From positions 45,843 to 109,842 of the forward strand of contig CALDYJ010000016.1 in assembly GCA_937941095.1 (NCBI GenBank): a DNA stretch of 64,000 nt. The letters are read 5' to 3'. Of the stretch, positions 18,734 to 28,558 are shown one piece after another. This stretch comes from an uncultured Saprospiraceae bacterium (GTDB lineage Bacteria > Bacteroidota > Bacteroidia > Chitinophagales > Saprospiraceae). A model generated the notes under the pieces. The model had not been told where the DNA came from. It worked only from the letters and a program-made list of their open reading frames with translations, and did not search any database. Numbering within the stretch: the stretch's first letter is position 1; each line of letters opens with the position of its first letter. The position numbers and the translations under genes are program-made.

Positions 18734-19276
18734 ATGAATTCTAATTCAAAATATTTTAGTCAAGAATCAGAACGACTGAGCTTTAGAAAAATGAACAAAG
18801 CAGATATCCCTTCTTGGATTCCTTTTTTTGAAGACAATCCACTTTTAAAATATGTAGGTGTTGACCTCTCGAAAAGTGCTATGGATTTAGCAAGCGAATG
18901 GGTAGAAATGCAATTGAAACGTTATGAAAATTCAGGTCTAGGTCATCTTGCCGCTATTACAAAAGATTCAAACAAATTTATTGGTGTCGGTGGTATTCTT
19001 CCGAGAGATTTGAATGGTCGAAAAGAATTTGAAATCGCTTATTCACTCCTTCCAAAGTATTGGAGAAAAGGATATGCAACTGAACTAGCTAAGCAAATGA
19101 GTAAATTTGGAGAAGCATCAATCGAAACGGATCGCTTTGTATCTATCATAGACAAAGAAAATTCAGGCTCAATTAATGTTGCCATTAAAAATGGAATGGA
19201 CCTATTGTTCGAAACCAAGTATTTAGATATGGACGTTTATGTATATGGTAAGAATAAAAGCAGCTTAAAAAATTAA
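18734..19276 (+). CDS. GNAT-family N-acetyltransferase (RimJ/RimL-like)
   Basis: LSFRKMNKADIPSW ..., IAYSLLPKYWRKGYATELAKQM (acetyl-CoA-binding motif A-like). Confidence 0.8.
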   Translation: MNSNSKYFSQESERLSFRKMNKADIPSWIPFFEDNPLLKYVGVDLSKSAMDLASEWVEMQLKRYENSGLGHLAAITKDSNKFIGVGGILPRDLNGRKEFEIAYSLLPKYWRKGYATELAKQMSKFGEASIETDRFVSIIDKENSGSINVAIKNGMDLLFETKYLDMDVYVYGKNKSSLKN

Positions 19277-19306
19277 GCCACTTTTATTCTTAATCAATAT
19301 TGACTT

Positions 19307-21703
19307 TTACAACCTGTTCTTCTCTTTATCACTAGTGGATTTATTCTTCACTACTCCATTTAATAAGGTTCCAAATTTATACATAAAAGACAATCTACAA
19401 TAATTTGTATTTCGATCCCTTTCATAAAAAATTGCTGTATCTCCCACAGAATATGTTCCAGAAGGCCAAGAACTTTTGAACACATCAGTTACCATAAAAC
19501 GTAAACTTAATTGATCTTTGAGTAATTTTTTCTCGATGGTAAAACTGAGGTTATACATTTTATGGCGATGCGATATGCCCTCGAATTGATCCCCACTGTA
19601 CCAAAACATTGCTTCTAGATTAAAAAGCTTACCAATGGTGAAGGTATTGTTTGAATAAAAATAAAACCTTGGCTTTGGAGTTATTCTAAGTACTTCGATG
19701 CTATTTTCTTCGATTTCTGTATAATCTACATTTAAAATATTACTAGAAGAAAACCATGCTTTGGTAAATTCTTTAGACAAGTTAATGTATCCTTGTCTCT
19801 TAAGACTGTAGTTAACTGGCTTAAGTACATATGCATATGGCCCTTCGCCTCGAAGTGCTCTTCCTCCCAATGGATCTATCGTATGATTGTACCCAAATTT
19901 TATATTAAAACCTTTGACCGCAGTATTGATTTCTAAACTGTGCGTTCTTTGGGCTTTAAGGTTTGGATTACCTTGTATCGAAGTGTATGGATCTTGATAA
20001 AACAATACAGGATTTAAACTATGGTAAGCTGGTCTTCGAATACTTGAAGTGTAGGCAAAATTAAAAGTTTGCTTCTCTGATGCCTTAAAGTTTAAGGACA
20101 AGTTTGGAAATAAGGTAAAATAATCATCTTTCAACTTATTGGTTTTATTGTTTACAAAATCGACATGATAATTAGTATATTCATTTCTTAAACCGATAGA
20201 ATAATTCAATCGATCCCCTACAACATTAGAATAGTTAAGATAAACTGCGCCTAAGTACTCTTCAAAATTAAATTCATTAGATAAGCTGGGATCCAAATTA
20301 AAGCCCATAAGTTCATCCATGACTAAAAAGCTAAGGCCTGATGCATTATTTATTTTACCAAGCCTAGCTCCTACTTCTAAATATTTATTTGGATTAAAGT
20401 ATTTTGTGAAATCTATTTGCCCTGAAATTATTTTTATGTCATGCTTATAATTGCTTTGTAAGATTCTATGACTTAAAGAATTTGCTTCGATTCTTTTTTC
20501 TAGGATATCATTATTCCGCTCATTATTAATGGTAGCAAATTCCGCCCCAATAAAAAAAGCCGAATTTAAGGTATCTATTTTTATTCCATAATTGGCAGAT
20601 AATGAATGATCCTTAGAAAATTCCTTACCGCTCAAATCCGTTTCGAAGTAATTCTCACTCACTAAATCTTTTATGACATTATTGCTGTTTTGATCGAGGC
20701 TTATTTTTTCTTTTAAACCTTGGTAAGCAATTGAAAAATAATTATTCTCATTAAAATCATATTGCAAACCTAAATGATAATTGAATTGAGAATTAATTAC
20801 CCAATCCCAATCGGTAGTCAAATCAGTCATTAAATAGACTGCCTCTTTCTCCCTGTTTCTTGTGGTATGCAAAATTTCTCGAGTATCACCATTTTCAAAA
20901 GCCAAGTTTGCATTTAAACTTAGTTTGTTTTTCGAAAAATTTAAATTAGCGTTTGAGAAAACCCTTTCTCCTGCGAAAACATTGCTTGTAATGTTTTGCT
21001 TTAAGCTGGATTGAAAACCATTACTGCTTAGACTCAAGGTTTCAATTTTTACCACAGCAGCTCCAGCAGCATCATATTTTGCTGAAGGATTTCTAATGAG
21101 TATTATTCTTTTTATGTTAGAGGTTTGAATCATTGTCAATTGGTCAAAAGTGATTTTTTTTTCATTCAAATAATAAACTATATTTTCTTTTCCTATTACT
21201 TGAAAGGAATCATCAGTAGATAATACACCTGGTGTTCTGCTTAATATTTCGTTTATTGAACTGCTAGCAGCTAAAGAAGTCTTCTCAACATTAACTTCAA
21301 CTGTTCCATCAACTCTTTGTGTGAATAGAGCAATTTTCCCTTTGACCAATACTTCTTCCAAAAGGTGGTCTTGAGATCCAACAATTATGTTTAGCAAGTC
21401 TATGTTTGGATGAGCTTCAAAATCTACTTTTATTAATGTATCTTCAAAAAGCATGGAAGTTAATTTCAAAATAACCTTACTTTCCTTGATATCATCCAAC
21501 ATAAATGGTTCATCTATAAAACTTGTTCCTTTAATGAAAGTAGAATCAGTTGCATTCAACACCAGGACATTGCCCAATAAGGTTTCATTTTCCTTGTTTA
21601 CAACCTTACCAGAAATTGAATTAGCATTTTGTGCATAAAAAACATTTGTGGAGAGCAATAGTATAAACAAGAAGCCATTCTTCAACAAATTAATTTTAAT
21701 CAT
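19307..21703 (-). CDS. Outer-membrane beta-barrel receptor-like protein with N-terminal carboxypeptidase-regulatory-like domain
   Basis: Signal peptide ...NVFYAQ. ISGKVVNKENETLLGNVLVLN is CarbopepD_reg-like. A plug-like region is followed by a long Y/F/N-rich barrel ending in CRLSFMYKF-type strands. Confidence 0.65.
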   Translation of the reverse strand: MIKINLLKNGFLFILLLSTNVFYAQNANSISGKVVNKENETLLGNVLVLNATDSTFIKGTSFIDEPFMLDDIKESKVILKLTSMLFEDTLIKVDFEAHPNIDLLNIIVGSQDHLLEEVLVKGKIALFTQRVDGTVEVNVEKTSLAASSSINEILSRTPGVLSTDDSFQVIGKENIVYYLNEKKITFDQLTMIQTSNIKRIILIRNPSAKYDAAGAAVVKIETLSLSSNGFQSSLKQNITSNVFAGERVFSNANLNFSKNKLSLNANLAFENGDTREILHTTRNREKEAVYLMTDLTTDWDWVINSQFNYHLGLQYDFNENNYFSIAYQGLKEKISLDQNSNNVIKDLVSENYFETDLSGKEFSKDHSLSANYGIKIDTLNSAFFIGAEFATINNERNNDILEKRIEANSLSHRILQSNYKHDIKIISGQIDFTKYFNPNKYLEVGARLGKINNASGLSFLVMDELMGFNLDPSLSNEFNFEEYLGAVYLNYSNVVGDRLNYSIGLRNEYTNYHVDFVNNKTNKLKDDYFTLFPNLSLNFKASEKQTFNFAYTSSIRRPAYHSLNPVLFYQDPYTSIQGNPNLKAQRTHSLEINTAVKGFNIKFGYNHTIDPLGGRALRGEGPYAYVLKPVNYSLKRQGYINLSKEFTKAWFSSSNILNVDYTEIEENSIEVLRITPKPRFYFYSNNTFTIGKLFNLEAMFWYSGDQFEGISHRHKMYNLSFTIEKKLLKDQLSLRFMVTDVFKSSWPSGTYSVGDTAIFYERDRNTNYCRLSFMYKFGTLLNGVVKNKSTSDKEKNRL

Positions 21704-21889
21704 TTTTTAAATATTTCTCTCAATTTATATTTGAAATTCAAAAGAATATTAAATAATATAAGTATGCTCAAGAAATGTATAAGAATAGGATAAGACGCCA
21801 TTTTTTAAAACATAGTCAATACTTATACACTTATTGAGGATTTGTATACTTTACATGCAGCTTTTCAGTCAAGAACTTATCTTTACACC

Positions 21890-22900
21890 ATGTCAATTAG
21901 TAAAAGACACATAATTTATTGGCTCTTTATCTATGTAGTTTGGACATTCATGAAATCATCCATGAATGGAAATGTAACGGTTTATGCAAAAGTGAATTTG
22001 ATAAACATTCCGATTTTTATGAGTGCTTTTTACTTTTTAAAGCATTATCAAATTCCATATCTATTTGATAAGAAGAAGATCTTTTTATTCTGCATAAGTC
22101 TTATTTTTAGCTCATTAATACTTTATCTTTTTTGGAGAGTAGCAGGTTTTTTTTGGTTGGATGACTTAAGAGAATTACATGGAATTCCTTTTTTTAGATT
22201 TGATCGATACTTGGTTTACTTTGTTCAATTTTATTCTCCCGGAATATTATTATTAGCTTGGGAGATGCAAGAAGAGAAAAGAAAAGAAAAAGATAGAATA
22301 CTTGAACTAGAAAAAGAAAAATTAAATACAGAATTAAAATTTTTAAAAGCTCAGTTAAATCCGCATTTCTTATTCAATACATTTAACAACTTATATTCTT
22401 TAGTGATCACTGGTGACCCAAATGCACCAAACATGATTTTACAGTTATCTTCGATTTTAGAATTTATTCTTTACAAAAGTCAAGTCGATAAAATTTCACT
22501 AGATGAAGAGCTTGCTATAATTGAACAATACATCGCGCTTGAAAAAATAAGGTATGGAGAAAAAATCAGTGTAGAATTTGCAAAGAAAGGAAATACCTCA
22601 GTCAAAGTAGCCCCTTTATTAATCTTATCCTTAGTTGAAAATGCATTTAAGCATGGTGCGAGTGGTGACTTAAATGTTTCGCGCATCAAGATATATGTCG
22701 AGGCTTCAGAAGATCAAATAAATTGCAACATTTGGAATACAAAATCAAAATTCGAAGGAGCTTCTAAGGATCCGCACAAAAAAGGAATCGGTCTTTCAAA
22801 TGTAAAAAGACAATTGGAATTGCAATACCCAAACGATTCAACAATTAGTATAGAAGAGAAAGTCGAATCTTTCGAAGTCACCTTATCAATAAATATATGA
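21890..22900 (+). CDS. LytS/YehU-type sensor histidine kinase
   Basis: Multi-TM N-terminus. LKFLKAQLNPHFLFNTFNNLYSL is the His_kinase box, and LVENAFKHG is the ATPase N box. ATG at 21890 is preferred over the track TTG at 21842. Confidence 0.8.
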   Translation: MSISKRHIIYWLFIYVVWTFMKSSMNGNVTVYAKVNLINIPIFMSAFYFLKHYQIPYLFDKKKIFLFCISLIFSSLILYLFWRVAGFFWLDDLRELHGIPFFRFDRYLVYFVQFYSPGILLLAWEMQEEKRKEKDRILELEKEKLNTELKFLKAQLNPHFLFNTFNNLYSLVITGDPNAPNMILQLSSILEFILYKSQVDKISLDEELAIIEQYIALEKIRYGEKISVEFAKKGNTSVKVAPLLILSLVENAFKHGASGDLNVSRIKIYVEASEDQINCNIWNTKSKFEGASKDPHKKGIGLSNVKRQLELQYPNDSTISIEEKVESFEVTLSINI

Positions 22901-22901
22901 A

Positions 22902-23603
22902 ATGAATAAATTCTCTTGCCTTATCATAGATGACGAACCACCAGCAATCCAACTCTTAAAAAAATATTGCACAATGGTCGAACAATTAGAGCTTAAAGCA
23001 AGCTTTCAAAGTGCAGTGGAAGCATTTGATTTTTTTAAAAATGACTCAGTAGATTTAATGTTTCTGGACATTCAAATGCCAGTCATTAATGGCATAGAAT
23101 TTATCAAGTCTCTAAAAAATCCTCCTTCAGTGATTATGACCACTGCTTATAGAGATTATGCCGTTGAAGGATTTGATTTAGACATAGTAGATTACTTACT
23201 CAAACCAATTAGCTTTGATCGATTTTTAAAATCAATTGACCGATTTAGATCAAAGCATACGGAAGAAGTTAGAAATTCGATAAAAGAGAAAAGTGTAGAT
23301 CATGTTTTCTTTAATGTAAATAAGAAGAATCATAAAATTGAATTTAGAGACATCCTTTATTTAGAAAGCTTAAAAGATTATGTTAAAATTCATACAAAGA
23401 ATAAAAACTTAGTGGTGAAAGGAAACTTAGGTACAATTCTTAAGAAACTTCCATCCTCTATTTTTATAAGGATCCACAGATCGTATGCGATTGCGATGCC
23501 AGCACTCAAAGCTTATAATCAGAAAGCGGTTGAAATTGCAGATACCACCTTACCAATAGGTGACAGTTACAAAGAAACGTTCCTTCAGAAACTGAATGCT
23601 TAA
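22902..23603 (+). CDS. LytR/AlgR-family (LytTR) response regulator
   Basis: REC domain (CLIIDDEPPA, DLMFLDIQMPVINGIEF) plus a C-terminal LytTR domain (ILYLESLKDYVKIHT ... FIRIHRSY). There is a 1-nt gap to the kinase gene. Confidence 0.85.
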   Translation: MNKFSCLIIDDEPPAIQLLKKYCTMVEQLELKASFQSAVEAFDFFKNDSVDLMFLDIQMPVINGIEFIKSLKNPPSVIMTTAYRDYAVEGFDLDIVDYLLKPISFDRFLKSIDRFRSKHTEEVRNSIKEKSVDHVFFNVNKKNHKIEFRDILYLESLKDYVKIHTKNKNLVVKGNLGTILKKLPSSIFIRIHRSYAIAMPALKAYNQKAVEIADTTLPIGDSYKETFLQKLNA

Positions 23604-23612
23604 TTTTTCTAC

Positions 23613-25541
23613 CTAATTATTTACTAATATTTTCGATGCTCCTCTTATTACCTTTTTAACCACATCAGGATTTAGTAAAGTACTTACATCGCCGATGTTC
23701 TTAGCCTCTCCCGCTGCAATCTTTCTTAAAATCCTTCGCATAATTTTACCTGATCTGGTTTTAGGAAGGCCTGTTACTATTTGAATTTTATCCGGTTTTG
23801 CTATGGGACCAATTTCTTTGGTAACTACTTTTAAGAGAGAGCTATTAAATTTTTTAGTATCAATATTAGCATCCATTTTATTTTTATTCAAAATAACATA
23901 AGCATAAATCCCTTCACCTTTGATTTTATGAGGGTAGCCTACTACAGCAGATTCGATAACATTAGGATGCTCATTAATAGCATTTTCGATTTCGGCGGTC
24001 CCCATTCTATGTCCAGATACATTTATGACATCGTCTACTCTTCCTATTATCCGATACATGCCTTTTTTGTCTCTTCTTGCGCCATCTCCGGTGAAGTACT
24101 TATTTTTGAAAGATGAAAAATATACCTCTTTACATCTAGCATGATCTCCATAGGTTGTCCTTATCATGGAAGGCCAAGGATATTTTATACAAAGCAGCCC
24201 TTCTTTTCCATTTCCTTTAATTTCTTTTCCTTTTGAATTAAGCAAGCATAATTGTATTCCCGGTAAAGGTAAGCCGGCATAGGTTGCTTTTTGAGGAGAG
24301 AGTCCACCAAGTCCCGAGATCATAATTCCAGCTGTTTCGGTTTGGAACCATGTATCGACAATCGGTAAAGTATTTTTTCCAATCTTCTCTTTATACCAAT
24401 TCCAAGCTTCTTCATTTATAGGTTCTCCTACAGTTCCTAAAACCTTTAAGCTATTTAGATCATAATGACTTGGCCAATCATCTCCTTGTGCCATCAGAGC
24501 ACGAATTGCGGTTGGCGCTGTGTAAAACTGATTAACCTTATGCTTTTCGCAAATGTGCCAGAATCGCCCTGCATCAGGAAAAGTTGGAACTCCTTCAAAC
24601 ATCAACGTTTTTGCTCCAGCTAACAAAGGGCCATAAATGATGTAAGAATGTCCAGTAATCCATCCGATGTCTGCTGAACACCAGTAAACATCTCCTTGTT
24701 GATATTGAAAAACATTTTTGAAAGAATAACAAGTATAAACCATATAACCTCCACAAGTGTGCACTACCCCTTTAGGTTTTCCAGTAGAACCAGAAGTATA
24801 GAGAATGAATAAGACATCTTCGGAATTCATCTTGGCAGGTTTACAAGTCTTCCTTTTTCCTTCTATTTCTTTGTGCCACCATTTGTCTCGCCCTCTTTTC
24901 ATTTTCACTTTTGTGTTGCTTGCTTTGTAAACAATTACGGTTTCAACACTGCTACAATCTTTAGCTACTGCTTCGTCAACAATTTCTTTAACAGCTATGC
25001 TTTTATTTCCTCTGTTATTATAGTCTGAGCAAATAACCATCTTACAAGAACAATCCTTTATTCGATCTGCTAGAGCATTGGCAGAAAAACCTGCAAAAAC
25101 AACAGAATGTATAGCGCCAATTCTTGCGCAAGCAAGGACGCCAATGGTAAGTTCAGCCACCATTGGCATATAAAAACAAACTCGGTCTCCTTTTTTTATC
25201 CCATTAGATTTAAGCATGTTTGCACATCGACAAACTTCTGAATATAATTCTTTATAAGTGTACGTTTTGAAAGCTTGACTTGGATCATTAGGTTCCCAGA
25301 TTAATGCTACATCATTAGCTTTATCTTTCAGATGCCTGTCCAAACAATTTTCTGTAATATTTAACTGACCACCTTCAAACCATCTAACATCTGCTTCTTC
25401 AAATCCTCCACTTAGTACTTTCTTCCATGGCTTCATCCATTTAAATGTTTTGGCTTGCTTAGCCCAAAATTTTTCTGGATGCCTTACACTATTTTTATAT
25501 ATTTTTTGATATTCTTTAAAAGACTTAATTTGGTGTGTCAT
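23613..25541 (-). CDS. acs: Acetyl-CoA synthetase
   Basis: PEKFWAKQAK, RWFEGGQLNITENCLDRH, AMP-binding motif ILYTSGSTGKPKGV, TGDGARRDKKGMYRIIGRVDDVINVSGHRMGTAEIE, PKTRSGKIMRRILRKIA. Confidence 0.92.
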   Translation of the reverse strand: MTHQIKSFKEYQKIYKNSVRHPEKFWAKQAKTFKWMKPWKKVLSGGFEEADVRWFEGGQLNITENCLDRHLKDKANDVALIWEPNDPSQAFKTYTYKELYSEVCRCANMLKSNGIKKGDRVCFYMPMVAELTIGVLACARIGAIHSVVFAGFSANALADRIKDCSCKMVICSDYNNRGNKSIAVKEIVDEAVAKDCSSVETVIVYKASNTKVKMKRGRDKWWHKEIEGKRKTCKPAKMNSEDVLFILYTSGSTGKPKGVVHTCGGYMVYTCYSFKNVFQYQQGDVYWCSADIGWITGHSYIIYGPLLAGAKTLMFEGVPTFPDAGRFWHICEKHKVNQFYTAPTAIRALMAQGDDWPSHYDLNSLKVLGTVGEPINEEAWNWYKEKIGKNTLPIVDTWFQTETAGIMISGLGGLSPQKATYAGLPLPGIQLCLLNSKGKEIKGNGKEGLLCIKYPWPSMIRTTYGDHARCKEVYFSSFKNKYFTGDGARRDKKGMYRIIGRVDDVINVSGHRMGTAEIENAINEHPNVIESAVVGYPHKIKGEGIYAYVILNKNKMDANIDTKKFNSSLLKVVTKEIGPIAKPDKIQIVTGLPKTRSGKIMRRILRKIAAGEAKNIGDVSTLLNPDVVKKVIRGASKILVNN

Positions 25542-25589
25542 ATACTAATTTAAATAAAATGAAAGAATGGCATCCGTGACAAATTAAGT

Positions 25590-27704
25590 TCAAAATTTAA
25601 TCAAAGCGTCTGAAAAGAAAAACTGATCATCTTCACGGCTAACTTTAACCACATAAGAACCTGGGGTCAAACTTTTAATATCCAATTGACTTGCTTGAGA
25701 AATATTCTCCCAAGTTTTTACAATTTTTCCAGATCCATTATAAATTGAAACTTTCACTTCTCCTTCTAAGCCTCTTAAATTTAGAAAATCTTTACTTGGA
25801 TTTGGAAAAACAGCAATTATTTTTTCTTTTGAATCTACAGCATTTTGATTATTAAGTATTTCATTATTTACAAAATGTGCTAATAATCTAATATAGGCCG
25901 CTTGATAATAAATTGCAGGTTCTGAGATTTCCCATGAATTGATCGGATAACCGTCATTAAAGTCTAAATAGGATTTTAGCAATGGTTGACCAAAAGGTGG
26001 AGAAAATTCTTCAATTGAATAATATTGATTTACTCCTCCTGTAACGAATCCTGGAGCTGGCCCATTTGAAGAATTTAAAGCATGGTCATAGATGCTTCCA
26101 TCATAAAACCATGTATGATAAATTTCGTTCACACAATGATCCCCTCCATATTCATACATATTAGATAATTGAACTAAACCTAAGGGGTTAACACCATGAA
26201 AATAATGTAAATGCTCATAAGCTTTGTTCATAAGGTTTTCATTCAATTCTGAATTTACATCAAATTTATTGAAGAGCATGCATAAATTTCCAATGTTCGC
26301 TTTCGGCATGTTTGAGCCCCAATGATAAATCCAATCCGGTGATTGAGCTCTGAACAAGTCGTTTTCAGAAAATTTATAGAACCCATTGAAATCATCATTT
26401 AAATTGTTTTGAGCAGAATTTAATACCACTGAAACAATATTATCATCAGCATTTGGGAAGTTAGAATAATTCAATAAGGCTTCTTGAATTGAAATTTTAT
26501 ATGGTCCCCAAAAATCATTGCTGATGGGTTCTACTTTATTGTATTCAGATTTGATAAAATTATGGTACTTTTCTTCATTGGTTAATTCGTACAAATATAT
26601 GGCTGCAATCAATGCAGATTCAATTTGCTCTTCTTCATTACGATCTGCATCACCAGCGACTATTTCGCCATTATCACAATCTGTTTCCAAGGCATTATTA
26701 TCTTTAGCTTCTTTGAAAAAGTCCCATGCTATTTTAGCTTTCTCTAACATGAACAAAGCATCTGATTCTGTTCCTTCTATGGTCTGCAAAACTTTTGAAG
26801 CATGGGCTAACATACTTGCAGCTGAAGCTGAAGCTGAACTACATCTGTTTCCATAAAATCTTTGATCTTGATTAGCACTTGGAGGAATGTCAGTGTTTTC
26901 ACTATGATTTTGATTCCCCATTTTAATGATGGTAGAACCATCTTCATTCACCATTTTACAAACCCAATTTAACTCCCATAATAATTCATCAATGATATCA
27001 GGAATGGAGTTCCCTGATTCTGGTAGATTCCAATCATCACCAAATATATTTGGATTTTCTTGATAAGCTCCTAATAGATTATGGACTGCTGATTCAGCAA
27101 AGGTTACATACTTATTATTATCTCCAGCATCAAACCAACCACCGCTCAAATCTTTTTCTAAACTTGCATCATTAGGATTAAAAATTGATCGACAATTTTC
27201 GTCTTGAAGTGGCTTATCAAAATTCATCCCATCTGTCCATTTCGGGTCTGCATAAGGTTCTTTCTTTTCTGCATTGCAACGATTATAATAAAACATTTTT
27301 GATGCAACCTTAAGTAGTTCTTCATAGGGATTGTTGTTAATTTTAAACACTGCACTCCTCTCATCGTTTAAATCATCAAATACATAATAAGATCCTGCCT
27401 GTGTGTATGTCGAAAAATCAAACCACCAACCTTGATCTCCGGATTGAGGATGAGTTAATCCATTGTTCCATAAAATGACCTCTGCCTCAAAAACAGATTC
27501 ATTTGTAGATGCATCCACTAAAGCTAAGGTAGAAGAAGGAGTAAAAGTCTTAGTACCATTAAATCCTTCTTGAGGATTACTAATTACAGCAAATTTTGAC
27601 TTTTGGCTGAGGTAGCCGAATTGGTCTACATGAATAAACTCACTTACTTGAGCAGAAATCAGAAATGGAAGGTTTATTAAGAACAAAGCAAACAAGTTTT
27701 TCAT
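25590..27704 (-). CDS. Glycoside hydrolase family 9 endoglucanase-like protein with T9SS type A sorting domain
   Basis: Signal peptide. The GH9 signature is DLSGGWFDAGDNNKY. Ig-like N-terminal domain. The C-terminal tail is VFPNPSKDFLNLRG ... GSYVVKV ... ALIKF. Confidence 0.8.
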   Translation of the reverse strand: MKNLFALFLINLPFLISAQVSEFIHVDQFGYLSQKSKFAVISNPQEGFNGTKTFTPSSTLALVDASTNESVFEAEVILWNNGLTHPQSGDQGWWFDFSTYTQAGSYYVFDDLNDERSAVFKINNNPYEELLKVASKMFYYNRCNAEKKEPYADPKWTDGMNFDKPLQDENCRSIFNPNDASLEKDLSGGWFDAGDNNKYVTFAESAVHNLLGAYQENPNIFGDDWNLPESGNSIPDIIDELLWELNWVCKMVNEDGSTIIKMGNQNHSENTDIPPSANQDQRFYGNRCSSASASAASMLAHASKVLQTIEGTESDALFMLEKAKIAWDFFKEAKDNNALETDCDNGEIVAGDADRNEEEQIESALIAAIYLYELTNEEKYHNFIKSEYNKVEPISNDFWGPYKISIQEALLNYSNFPNADDNIVSVVLNSAQNNLNDDFNGFYKFSENDLFRAQSPDWIYHWGSNMPKANIGNLCMLFNKFDVNSELNENLMNKAYEHLHYFHGVNPLGLVQLSNMYEYGGDHCVNEIYHTWFYDGSIYDHALNSSNGPAPGFVTGGVNQYYSIEEFSPPFGQPLLKSYLDFNDGYPINSWEISEPAIYYQAAYIRLLAHFVNNEILNNQNAVDSKEKIIAVFPNPSKDFLNLRGLEGEVKVSIYNGSGKIVKTWENISQASQLDIKSLTPGSYVVKVSREDDQFFFSDALIKF

Positions 27705-27769
27705 TTGATTTTTTGTACAAAGATTAATAATTAAAATTAATGCTTCTCTTGACTAATGGATAAAATTAT

Positions 27770-27816
27770 ATTGAATTTCGAAATGAAATATATAAGAATA
27801 AATTGAATTTCGAAAT
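27770..27816. promoter_or_regulatory. Two exact 15-bp direct repeats ATTGAATTTCGAAAT, each containing the palindrome ATTTCGAAAT
   Basis: The copies are at 27770..27784 and 27802..27816 (32-bp period). A degenerate third half-site, cacattcggaaatt, follows. They lie in the divergent intergenic region between the GH9 gene and the 27918 gene. Confidence 0.45.
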
Positions 27817-27917
27817 CACATTCGGAAATTGTATTTAAATTGAGTGCTTATTCAAAAATAGTTCAAATTATAATTTAATTTTTGAAACCCATATTTATCC
27901 AAAAAGTTCGAATTCAC

Positions 27918-28511
27918 ATGAAAAACCTACTTTTAAGTCTATTCATTTTAGTTTCTTTGAACCTATATGCTCAAGACAATGCAGGTATCCCTATTTTTCA
28001 TCGTTTATTGATTTACAATCAAAACAATGAAGTCTTGATTGTAAAGATTAAAAATACTGAATATTGGTTGACACCAGGGATCTACCAAGACGATAAATTA
28101 TATTTGAAAGAAGGGCTTTGGACCTTAGCGAATGCATATGGCCTAGAAATTAGTCAGCCTGAATTACATGCAGTATTTATGCTTAAATATGCAAACGATA
28201 CTAAACTATCTATACGAAATATATTTGTGAGTCAAACTAAAGATGGCGTAAATAAGCGACCTGAATTTGTTAGTGAAGTAAAATGGGTAAGTTTAAAAGA
28301 GGCAAAAAAGATGTTAAGCTTTCCTCATATAATAGCAATGGTTAACCAGGTAAGCAGTTATCCAAAAACAATCTGGGGAGGAACCCTATCTAATTACAAA
28401 GAAGATGAAACATTCAAATGTAAGATTCTTGAAGATTTTTACCCTTTGTACGAAAGCCAGAAAGCGGCAAAGAAGAGAATGAAAAAAAGCTTGTTAAAAG
28501 AAAAAGCATAA
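27918..28511 (+). CDS. Hypothetical secreted protein (possible degenerate NUDIX fold)
   Basis: The signal peptide MKNLLLSLFILVSLNLYAQ starts at ATG 27918; the track start at 27882 is TTG. The pattern LLIYNQNNEVLIVK ... WLTPG ... KEGLWTLANAYGLE resembles a NUDIX fold with a non-consensus box. This call is weak. Confidence 0.45.
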   Translation: MKNLLLSLFILVSLNLYAQDNAGIPIFHRLLIYNQNNEVLIVKIKNTEYWLTPGIYQDDKLYLKEGLWTLANAYGLEISQPELHAVFMLKYANDTKLSIRNIFVSQTKDGVNKRPEFVSEVKWVSLKEAKKMLSFPHIIAMVNQVSSYPKTIWGGTLSNYKEDETFKCKILEDFYPLYESQKAAKKRMKKSLLKEKA

Positions 28512-28558
28512 AAAATGACCTTTACTTATAATTAAAATATTTTTCCAACTGGATAAGC

